From NCBI GenBank assembly GCA_965261345.1, contig OZ253449.1:2208001-2272000 (forward strand): 64,000 nt of DNA. The letters are read 5' to 3'. The stretch comes from Chloroflexota bacterium (GTDB lineage: Bacteria > Chloroflexota > UBA11872 > VXNJ01). This document shows positions 1 to 7,486 of the stretch, piece after piece; positions within the stretch are counted from its first letter, which is position 1, and each line of letters starts with the position of its first letter. The notes under the pieces are model-generated. The model ran no database searches and had not been told where the DNA came from. It was given only the letters and a program-made list of their open reading frames with translations. The translations under genes were made by a program, and so were the position numbers.

Positions 1-399
1 ATCGTCCATTACGAGCTCTCCGATGACCCGGTGCGGATGGCCGATGACGAAGACCCCTTCGCCCTGTCGGCCACCGAGCCGAACCTGGCCAGCGTGATTT
101 CGGTCAATCGATTACGCCAGATCGGCCGATCGGCCGATCGCAAATTGGCCCTGGCGCGGCTGGCGATGCACTCGCTTGGCCATGTTTTTGAGGCGGTTCC
201 CGAGGGTCGCGACAACTCCGAACTGACCTGGGGTGACTGGCACTGCCGCAACGAGGGCTGCGTGATGCGCCACGCCGCCACCGTCGAGACCCTGCTCGAC
301 CTTGCCCATGCCGAAGACGAATACGACCCCAGTTATTGCGATGATTGCTCCGACGCGATTTTTGAGCACCTACTGGCCAACCATTTCATCCCCAACTAG
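1..399 (+). CDS. Archaemetzincin (peptidase M54)-like protein, 5'-truncated by the window edge; HExxH is changed to HSLGH
   Basis: Frame 1 is open from position 1. The pattern H-S-L-G-H...HC..xxCVM...YCDDC resembles the archaemetzincin HExxH..HC..CxM..C..C layout. Confidence 0.5.
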   Translation: MVHYELSDDPVRMADDEDPFALSATEPNLASVISVNRLRQIGRSADRKLALARLAMHSLGHVFEAVPEGRDNSELTWGDWHCRNEGCVMRHAATVETLLDLAHAEDEYDPSYCDDCSDAIFEHLLANHFIPN

Positions 400-412
400 C
401 GGCACTTCGGCA

Positions 413-1414
413 ATGACTAAACCATCTCCCGCGCTGCGCGTCCTTTCGGGGATCCAGCCGACCGGCAACGTTCATCTCGGCAATTACTTGGGGGCGATCC
501 GGCACTGGGTGGCCCAGCAGGACAGTTTCGAGAATTTCTTTCCGATCGTCGACCTGCACGCCCTCACCGTTCCCCAGGACCCGCAACGGTTGCGGTCAAA
601 CATATTCGAACTGGCCGGGATCCTCGTGGCCGCCGGGATCGATCCGGCCAAGTCGGTGTTGTTTCAGCAATCGCAGATTCCTGCCCACGCCGAGCTGGCC
701 TGGATCCTCAATTGCTTTATCCCGGTGGGTTGGCTGGAACGAATGACCCAGTTCAAGGACAAGACTGGATCGAACCGCGAACGCGCCTCCAGCGGCCTTT
801 TTAGTTACCCGGCGCTGATGGCTGCCGATATCCTGCTCTACGATGCCACGCACGTGCCGGTTGGTGATGACCAGCGGCAGCATCTCGAACTGACCCGTGA
901 CGTGGCCCTGCGTCTTAACAGCCTCTTTGGCGCCGACACGGTTGTGGTTCCAGAAGCGGCTATCCCGCCCAAGGCCGCGCGGGTCATGTCACTGGCCAAT
1001 CCCGAAGCCAAGATGAGCAAATCGGATGCCGATCCGGCCGGAACCCTGCTGGTGCTAGATGATCCCGACACGATCTGGCGGAAGCTGCGCCGCGCGCGGA
1101 CGGATTCGGCCGCCGCGATCGCCTTCGATCCCGACCGTCCCGGCGTTAACAACCTGCTCACCATCTACCAGGCGTTGACCGGCCAACCCGAATCGGCAAT
1201 CGAGGATGAATTTTCCGGATGTGGCTATGGCGTCCTCAAACGCCGCCTGGCTGACGCCTTGGTCGAAACCTTACGGCCGCTGCAGCAAGCCTACCGATCG
1301 CTGGCCGACGACCCCGGGCAGATCGGCCAGCTGCTGGAGACCGGTCGCGATCGGGCCGCTCCGGTCGCCAATGCCACCCGCGACCGCATCTACCAGCGAA
1401 TCGGGATCGGCTGA
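413..1414 (+). CDS. trpS: Tryptophan--tRNA ligase
   Basis: SGIQPTG..HLGNYLGA, YPALMAADILLY, VPVGDDQRQHLELTRD and KMSKS motifs; ATG at 413. Confidence 0.97.
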   Translation: MTKPSPALRVLSGIQPTGNVHLGNYLGAIRHWVAQQDSFENFFPIVDLHALTVPQDPQRLRSNIFELAGILVAAGIDPAKSVLFQQSQIPAHAELAWILNCFIPVGWLERMTQFKDKTGSNRERASSGLFSYPALMAADILLYDATHVPVGDDQRQHLELTRDVALRLNSLFGADTVVVPEAAIPPKAARVMSLANPEAKMSKSDADPAGTLLVLDDPDTIWRKLRRARTDSAAAIAFDPDRPGVNNLLTIYQALTGQPESAIEDEFSGCGYGVLKRRLADALVETLRPLQQAYRSLADDPGQIGQLLETGRDRAAPVANATRDRIYQRIGIG

Positions 1415-1446
1415 TCCGACCGGGCTGTGACCTGGCCCCGAACCGA

Positions 1447-1944
1447 TCAGGCCGCCAACCAGATTTCGATTAAACCCCCCAGGCTGGCCCCGTAAAGAGC
1501 GTGTGCGGGCATTCCCAATTTGATTACCCGCTGGCGCGTCTGCTCGCTGCGGGTGGCCAGTTCGCTGCGCAGGCCCGATACCGGGTGCCAGAGCGCCAAC
1601 TTGAATACGAGCAGAATGGCCGCCAGGCAAAGCCCCCAGACCCACAGCCAACTCTCAATTCCAAAAACGTCAATTGCCAGCAACGCTGCCAGCAACCCCA
1701 CCAGACTGCCGTAGGCGAAATGCGAGGCGATCCCCAGCAACCGCATCGCGATAGCGTTGTGGTCGCCCCCCAGAAAGCGGGCCAGCAGCATCGCCGAAAT
1801 TCGGTTGGTCTGGTGCGGGTCGTAGGTGCTTACCACGGTCATGATCACCGTGGCTAGGAAGCCGGCCAGCAGGCCGGCGAGCCAAGTCTCCAATTCCGGC
1901 GACCTTTCCTTTTGCGGTTGCGGCGGCCCGGTTGGGCCGTCCAA
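1447..1944 (-). CDS. Hypothetical membrane protein (about 4 TM helices)
   Basis: Hydrophobic segments with the AGxxATxxMT, HFxYG and HxxYG pattern of small 4-TM bacterial proteins. Confidence 0.7.
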   Translation of the reverse strand: MDGPTGPPQPQKERSPELETWLAGLLAGFLATVIMTVVSTYDPHQTNRISAMLLARFLGGDHNAIAMRLLGIASHFAYGSLVGLLAALLAIDVFGIESWLWVWGLCLAAILLVFKLALWHPVSGLRSELATRSEQTRQRVIKLGMPAHALYGASLGGLIEIWLAA

Positions 1945-2034
1945 TATGCTTTAACTAATTTGCGACCGGTAATTTCAACTTGAGGGCAACCAATGCAACG
2001 GGGATTATATATTTAACTATAGTAGGCACATCCA

Positions 2035-2361
2035 ATGACTAATGAGGAACACCGCGAGCCTGCGGACGATCTCTGGGAAACTGATTCGGGTTGCGATTAC
2101 TGCGACAGTCCTGGTGGTTTTAAGACTATTAAAAACGCAGTATCGATGCCGATCCGAGGCCGTGTATGCAGTATCGACTACTGCATTCACAAATTAGTAG
2201 CGGCGCTAAACGCAGGTGGCATTACAACAGTGATGAGCTGTTGTGGACACAATAAATTAAATGGCATTATTTCGTTAGACAATGGCCAAACATTAGTAAT
2301 TGTCCAAACACCCGATTCAGTAGAACAAGGTAACAAGTTATCCCGTATGGCACGCGGGTGA
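2035..2361 (+). CDS. Hypothetical Cys-rich passenger protein (IDxCIxxLVxALNxxGIxTxxSCCGH motif)
   Basis: 108-aa ORF just inside the left TIR; the motif type recurs in phage and MGE hypothetical proteins. Confidence 0.7.
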   Translation: MTNEEHREPADDLWETDSGCDYCDSPGGFKTIKNAVSMPIRGRVCSIDYCIHKLVAALNAGGITTVMSCCGHNKLNGIISLDNGQTLVIVQTPDSVEQGNKLSRMARG

Positions 2362-2544
2362 GCACCAGCGACACCCATCTGCGTTTGAGTAGTGATCCTT
2401 TTTGGCTTTTGCTACTGCCGGATAACAAGTCGCAAAATCGCCCAAGTAAATGCGATTTTCAGGATTGGGGTAATAGTCACAACCACGTTTATGGACTTCA
2501 TGCTGCCCATTGCGCTCAATCGTGCTTACCGAGTACTGCGCCAC
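2338..2544 (-). CDS. Small Cys/His-rich hypothetical passenger protein
   Basis: 68 aa, GTG start with AAGGAG SD. HEVHxxxC...YLGxFxxC..AV..A...GCxxCxxxCHT is a recognisable small-protein pattern. Confidence 0.8.
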   Translation of the reverse strand: MAQYSVSTIERNGQHEVHKRGCDYYPNPENRIYLGDFATCYPAVAKAKKDHYSNADGCRWCSPACHTG

Positions 2545-2727
2545 TCGTTTCTCCTTGGCGAGCCAAATCTTCCAAACTTAAGCCACCGGCGGACAATAAC
2601 ATGTTAATAGCTCGCCAAAGCCATACGCATTCAGCGCACCAGGAGCGGTTGTCCGTTTCCTTGTGGCCGCTGGGTGCTTATTTAGCTTTGGCGAGCTTAA
2701 TCACTCCCTTGCCGCAAGGAGACACCA

Positions 2728-3252
2728 ATGTCCATTTATGCAGTTCGTACTGCGCTTTTATTGCTAGGAATCATTGCCGCCAGTGGTTGGTTTGCCGCTA
2801 TTTGGTTGGCGATGAGTGTTTCCAGCCCAGCCGTAGTTGAAAAAATGATTACCGTAAAGGTACCAGTAGAAGTGCCCGTAAAAGTGCCTGTGTTAGTCGA
2901 GCGCACCGTAACTGTTCAAGCGCCGCTCTCTGTTCAACAGGCTACGCCCTCGACAAAACAAGCTCTGCCGACGTCGATTGGGGCCGCCTCTGAATACTGT
3001 CGTGAAGCCGTGTTGGAGTTAGCTAGGCAGCGCGGCAGCCCTTGGTTAACTGATAGCCCTTGGTATGCGTGCATGTATGAAGTGTTTGGGCCAGAGCAGT
3101 TGGAAAAATGGTGCGGTAGTACACGGTTTTATCTGTACGGTCGAAGCATGGATCAGCGCCAAATTGATAAATATACCCAGGGCAAGGGAATTTCAACGGT
3201 ATGGTGGTGCACAGTCATACGTGCGCCGTCAGGAATAAGTTCAGGGCGATAA
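2728..3252 (+). CDS. Hypothetical membrane-anchored passenger protein
   Basis: AAGGAG SD, N-terminal TM helix, V(K/E)VP repeat stalk and a Cys-containing C-terminal domain. Confidence 0.7.
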   Translation: MSIYAVRTALLLLGIIAASGWFAAIWLAMSVSSPAVVEKMITVKVPVEVPVKVPVLVERTVTVQAPLSVQQATPSTKQALPTSIGAASEYCREAVLELARQRGSPWLTDSPWYACMYEVFGPEQLEKWCGSTRFYLYGRSMDQRQIDKYTQGKGISTVWWCTVIRAPSGISSGR

Positions 3253-3262
3253 GGAGACTCAA

Positions 3263-3445
3263 ATGGCAAAACCTGATCCTAATTACCCCGAAGACCCAAA
3301 GGTGCTAGCACAGGCTATTTTTAGGGCTGCTGATCGCAAGCGCAGTAGACAACCCGAGCCCGTTGCTAAAGCCCCTACACGAGCAGGGGCAGCAGGAGAT
3401 ACTGGTGCCTCCGAAGCCCCTGTCGTAAGCGAGCAGGATGACTAG
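3263..3445 (+). CDS. Small hypothetical passenger protein
   Basis: Strong TAAGGAG SD before the ATG; 60 aa; converges on the transposase with a 4-nt overlap. Confidence 0.6.
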   Translation: MAKPDPNYPEDPKVLAQAIFRAADRKRSRQPEPVAKAPTRAGAAGDTGASEAPVVSEQDD

Positions 3446-4413
3446 TGATGAGAGTCAGCAACCAAATCGGTGTACCTCAATCGGCGCCCGTCCATTGTGC
3501 GGGCCATAACTCGCATCTGTTCCAGCGTGCCCAGGTCGCGCCGGGACTGCCGGCCCGCAAACTCGTTCACGTAACGACCCAGATGCTTTTCACTCACGTG
3601 GTGAAACGTGCCGTGATAACCGCGCTTAAGCATCGCCCAAAACGACTCCATGCCATTTATGTGCGCTTGCCCATTAACATACTGCCCAGTGCTATGACGA
3701 ACAGAGCCATGCTGGACGTTTGGAAGGCCTCGGTAGCCTCGGTGTTCGTCAGTGTAAACAGTCGCGCCAACAGGCACATTGTCAGCCACGAATTTATGCA
3801 AGGTTTTGCGGTTAGTGCGGTCAATTGGTTGTGCTCTGATCTCGCCGTCACGCGAGTAAGCGCCAACAACAATGGCCTTGCCCGACGGGCCGCGGATACC
3901 GCTTCTGCGCCGCGGATGCTTGTTGCGTTCCTTGCCGCCGATGTAGGTTTCATCAACCTCGATTTTTCCGGTCATTTCGCGTCGTCCAGTAAGCCAGCCT
4001 TCGCGAATGCGCTGAGCCATAAACCATGCCGACTTTTGCGTAATTCCAAGATCGCGGTGCAGCTTCATGCTGCTAACGCCCTTGAGCGATGTCGTCATAA
4101 GGTACAAGCCCACAACCCATTTGCGCAGCGGCAAACGGGACGATTCCATAATCGTGCCGAGCTTTACCGAAAAGTACTTGCCGCAGCCCTTGCACCAGTA
4201 AGGTTGCGGCTTAGCGGATTTGATCTTTGCAATCTCGGTGCTATTGCAGCGCGGGCAAATCAGGCCGTTAGGCCAGCGGCTTTCCTCAAACCACTCACGA
4301 GCCGATTTCTCGTTCGGGAATTTGTCGAAAAGCTCAATAACAGTCAAGCCCGTTCGGTAACTGCGTCCGGGTCCAGATCGACTCACTTTGGAGGTCCTTG
4401 TGTTTGCTTTCAT
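3442..4413 (-). CDS. IS1595-family (ISXO2-like) DDE transposase
   Basis: Zn ribbon CPRC..CKGC, HTH region (GVSSMKLHRDLGITQKSAW), EVDETY, YTDE, HINGMESFW and YVNEF motifs. Confidence 0.96.
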   Translation of the reverse strand: MKANTRTSKVSRSGPGRSYRTGLTVIELFDKFPNEKSAREWFEESRWPNGLICPRCNSTEIAKIKSAKPQPYWCKGCGKYFSVKLGTIMESSRLPLRKWVVGLYLMTTSLKGVSSMKLHRDLGITQKSAWFMAQRIREGWLTGRREMTGKIEVDETYIGGKERNKHPRRRSGIRGPSGKAIVVGAYSRDGEIRAQPIDRTNRKTLHKFVADNVPVGATVYTDEHRGYRGLPNVQHGSVRHSTGQYVNGQAHINGMESFWAMLKRGYHGTFHHVSEKHLGRYVNEFAGRQSRRDLGTLEQMRVMARTMDGRRLRYTDLVADSHH

Positions 4414-4448
4414 ACCTAATTGTACTATAACTAAGTATATAAGCCCCA

Positions 4449-4727
4449 ATGCAACGCTACATAGTTTTCGGCAAATGCACCGCTTCGGTCACCACCGAGA
4501 CGCTAACCGAAGGTACCCCTCAGATCAGCAAGATTTGCCGATCGCGTGGCGGGAACGTAATCGATGCCTATTTGACCCTGGGCTCCGTCGACATCGTGCT
4601 GGTGCTTGAATTTCCCAGCAACGAGGCCTGCGTCGCCGCAATGGTCGAGTACGGCCAACTGGGCCTGTTAACGACCCAGACGATGCCGGCGTTCCCTGTG
4701 AGCAGCGCGGCCGACCTGATCGGATAG
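4449..4727 (+). CDS. GYD-domain protein
   Basis: 92 aa with the YLTLGSVDIV (GxYD variant) and TxTMPAF pattern. Confidence 0.8.
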   Translation: MQRYIVFGKCTASVTTETLTEGTPQISKICRSRGGNVIDAYLTLGSVDIVLVLEFPSNEACVAAMVEYGQLGLLTTQTMPAFPVSSAADLIG

Positions 4728-4814
4728 GCAATGGCGGCCTGAGCTTTCCGGGCTCAATCCCGCCGATTGGTCGGTTCCAGCGCGGCGCCGGCCGGCAATG
4801 ATGCGAACCGGGCC

Positions 4815-5687
4815 TTAACCGGCGAAGGTGGCGGCCGGCCGGCCTTTGGCGCCCGGTCGACAGACAAACAGCCCTCCGGACCCGGTTTCGGCGTCCAGCT
4901 GCGAGGGCGCGAGGTTCTTAGCCGAACTGGTGATGTAGAGGTCCATGTAGTCGTCACCGCCGAACGCCACCGAGGTGATCTGACTGGCCGGCATCTCGAT
5001 TACCTCTAGGAGCTTGCCCGCGGGGCTGTAGCAGCGCACCGCCGAACCGTGATAGAGTGCGAGCCAGATGTTGCCCTCGGCATCGACGGTGAGCCCGTCC
5101 GGCCAGACTCCCGCCTCGACCTGGAACAGTGGCCGCCGATTGGCGGCGCCGCCGGTCGCCGGGTTGAAGTCGAAAACATCAACCGTCAGGGTGGGGGTGT
5201 CGATGTAGTACATGAGCGAATCATCGAGGCTCCAGTCGGTGCCGTTCGAGATCGTAACGTTCTCAAGAATTGTGGTCACCGAGGCATCGGTGTCGATCCG
5301 GTAAAACTTGCCGGCGCCAGGGATGTTTTCGGCGTGGGCCATGGTCCCGGCCCAGATCCGGCCAAAGCGATCACATTTCCCGTCGTTCATGCGGGTGACC
5401 GGGTCGGCGGCCTCGATCGAACAGATTTCGGTTAGCACATTGGAGTCCGACATTCCAAAAAAACCGTGCTGGGTCCCAACCGCGTAGCCGCCCGAATCGC
5501 GTATCAGGATGCAGCCGGGCATTCTCCCACCGAGGTCGATGGCCAGGTCCGAACCGGTCGCCGGATCGTAATGGTGAACTGCGCAGCCGGGAATGTCCAC
5601 CCAGACCAGGCGCTTGCTGCGTTCGTCCCAGACCGGTCCTTCGCCGGTACCGGCGCGGGCATCGACGATCAACTCAACCTTGGTCAC
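4815..5687 (-). CDS. SMP-30/gluconolactonase/LRE family lactonase
   Basis: GEGPVWD, RMNDGKCD, ISNG, PDGLTVDAEG and SVAFGG motifs. Confidence 0.95.
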   Translation of the reverse strand: MTKVELIVDARAGTGEGPVWDERSKRLVWVDIPGCAVHHYDPATGSDLAIDLGGRMPGCILIRDSGGYAVGTQHGFFGMSDSNVLTEICSIEAADPVTRMNDGKCDRFGRIWAGTMAHAENIPGAGKFYRIDTDASVTTILENVTISNGTDWSLDDSLMYYIDTPTLTVDVFDFNPATGGAANRRPLFQVEAGVWPDGLTVDAEGNIWLALYHGSAVRCYSPAGKLLEVIEMPASQITSVAFGGDDYMDLYITSSAKNLAPSQLDAETGSGGLFVCRPGAKGRPAATFAG

Positions 5688-5743
5688 TACCTACCTCTTT
5701 TTCAAATGATCAATTGCGGTCAATTTTCAAATACCGACTCATG

Positions 5744-5773
5744 CACCGGGCCGGGATTGATCCCGGCCCGGTG
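5744..5773. terminator. Perfect 14-bp inverted repeat downstream of the sulfatase
   Basis: CACCGGGCCGGGAT-TG-ATCCCGGCCCGGTG with no U-tract, so it could be a terminator or an mRNA-stabilising hairpin. Confidence 0.45.
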
Positions 5774-5784
5774 AGCCGGCCGGC

Positions 5785-7269
5785 CTAGCGCAGGTTAATT
5801 CGCTCAAACTGCTCTGGCGGGGCCCCGTTGGCCTCCATCAGATCAATCATTCGTGCGCTGAGCTTGGCCTCCAATGCATCGTCGCGAATTTCGTTTTCCT
5901 GATCCGGATCGCTTTTCAGGTCAAAGAGCCTGGACGTTAGGTCGACCGGCCAGACCGCCCCGGCCGCATTGTTCGCGGGGGCGGCAATCTTGGCGGTGCG
6001 CACACCCTTGGTGAAGTCGAATGGCTCGGCCAACTCGATGTCCTGGAGCTCTTCCGCCGGCCAGCGCTGGCGCATGTGGGTGACCATCAGGGTGTAGTTA
6101 TAGAGTTCGGACTCGGCCGCCGGGTCGGTTGGGCCGCGCATATAGACGTAACGCCCGTCGGTGATGTTCACGTGCGAGCCAAAGATCCCAAACAGGATCG
6201 CGTCGCGGGTCTTGGACCCGTCGGCGATCGTCTTGCCCAGCGCCACTCCCTGCATCGCGGTCGGGCGCTCGATCCCGAAATAGTCGAGCAGGGTGGCCGG
6301 CACGTCGATGTTTTGGACCAGGTTCGAGTTGCGTTCACCGGCCTTGCCCGAGCGCGGGTCCCAGACGAAGAAGGGAATCCGGGCCACTTCGTTGTAGAAC
6401 GGCTGGACGCACTTGGCCCACCAGTTGTGTTCGCCGAGCAGAAATCCGTGATCGGTGTTGACGATCAGCATCGTATCGTCCCACATCTGGTGTCGGTCCA
6501 TGGCGTCCAGAATCGTACCCAGATAGTGATCGCACATCGAGACCGTAGCGGCGTACTCCTGGCGCATGTGCTCGACCATGTGATCGGGTTCGGTCACCCG
6601 GCCGTAGCTGGGCCAGTCGAAGTGCGGTCCGTCATATTCGTGCGGATAGCGGTCTTTGAATTCCTCAAGCGTGTAGAAGGGTTCGTGCGGGTCAAATGTC
6701 TCGACCTGGAGGAACCAGTTGTCTTCGTTTACGTTGGTCTCGATGAATTCCAGACCCTCGGCGAACGTCTTGGCCTGTGGTAGCTGTTCCTGTTCGGTTA
6801 GATATTTGCGGTTGACCCAATCCTGGCGCCAGGTGTATCCGGCGCGTTGGTTGAGCGAAAGGCCCTTGGGCAATTCGGGATCGGCGACCTCGCCCTTCCA
6901 GGCATCGCCCTCGTGCCCGCGGTGGAAGCCCCAGGTGTTGTAGCGCGAATGGTAGGTGCCGCCGCCATCTTCGAAATAGTGCTGGTGGTCGGTGGAAAAA
7001 TGGCAGTAGGTACCGGATTTTTTTAGGATCTCGGGAGTGGAATCGTCAAATGGTTCCAGCGGTCCCCAGGCGCGGTGCAGGAAGTTGTAGCGCCCAGTAT
7101 GGAGTTCGCGCCGCGCTGGCATGCAGGGCATGCTGCCGATCCAGGCCTGGTCGAAGGTCACCGTCTTTCGGCCCAAACGCTCGAAGTTGGGGGCGTGGGT
7201 CCAGGTGCAGCCGTAGTTGGGGAGGAAGTGTCGATTTAGCGAATCGAACATGACCATGATGGCGCGCAT
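5785..7269 (-). CDS. Sulfatase (formylglycine-dependent, Cys type)
   Basis: MRAIMVMFDS, CMPARRE (CxPxR), DPHEPF, TDHG and DPDQ motifs. Confidence 0.93.
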   Translation of the reverse strand: MRAIMVMFDSLNRHFLPNYGCTWTHAPNFERLGRKTVTFDQAWIGSMPCMPARRELHTGRYNFLHRAWGPLEPFDDSTPEILKKSGTYCHFSTDHQHYFEDGGGTYHSRYNTWGFHRGHEGDAWKGEVADPELPKGLSLNQRAGYTWRQDWVNRKYLTEQEQLPQAKTFAEGLEFIETNVNEDNWFLQVETFDPHEPFYTLEEFKDRYPHEYDGPHFDWPSYGRVTEPDHMVEHMRQEYAATVSMCDHYLGTILDAMDRHQMWDDTMLIVNTDHGFLLGEHNWWAKCVQPFYNEVARIPFFVWDPRSGKAGERNSNLVQNIDVPATLLDYFGIERPTAMQGVALGKTIADGSKTRDAILFGIFGSHVNITDGRYVYMRGPTDPAAESELYNYTLMVTHMRQRWPAEELQDIELAEPFDFTKGVRTAKIAAPANNAAGAVWPVDLTSRLFDLKSDPDQENEIRDDALEAKLSARMIDLMEANGAPPEQFERINLR

Positions 7270-7486
7270 TGGCAGTCGGCCTTTCGTTGCAGCGATGCTG
7301 CAAGCGGCTAGTTGGAGCCGGTAACTTAAGTTATTTAATGATCCCCAACGGTCGGTTGCAAAATCGCGTTGGAACGGTGCCGACCGGCAATGCTGGTTGC
7401 AGGCTGCGCCGATAATGGGCGCGGCAGTTTCGGCAACGACCACTCACCGCGCAACCCCAGTACGCATGCTTAAGGAAACAGCGGCC

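Larger units (their letters stand above)
2000..4447 (-). mobile_element. IS1595-family transposon with passenger genes (ISNwi1-like ends)
   Basis: Left end GGGGATTATATATTTAACTATAGTA (2000-2024) matches the reverse complement of the right end GGGGCTTATATACTTAGTTATAGTA at 21/25 positions. The 8-bp direct repeat AATGCAAC lies at 1992-1999 and 4448-4455. The interior is visibly more AT-rich than the flanks. Confidence 0.93.

Noticed and set aside
2622-2635. Loop sequence GCATT complementary to part of the TSD (AATGC), suggesting RNA-guided targeting
   Set aside because: Only 5 nt, which is expected by chance, and IS1595 DDE transposases are not known to be RNA-guided.
2590-2700. Integron attC site between the passenger genes
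   Set aside because: TAAC and GTTA occur only as an adjacent palindrome; there is no R''-L''-L'-R' arrangement and no integrase.
3445-4419. 324-aa ORF antisense to the transposase
   Set aside because: A shadow frame of a clearly identified gene with no recognisable motifs. The same applies to the many long antisense ORFs over dnaE2, valS, mfd and the GH3 gene.
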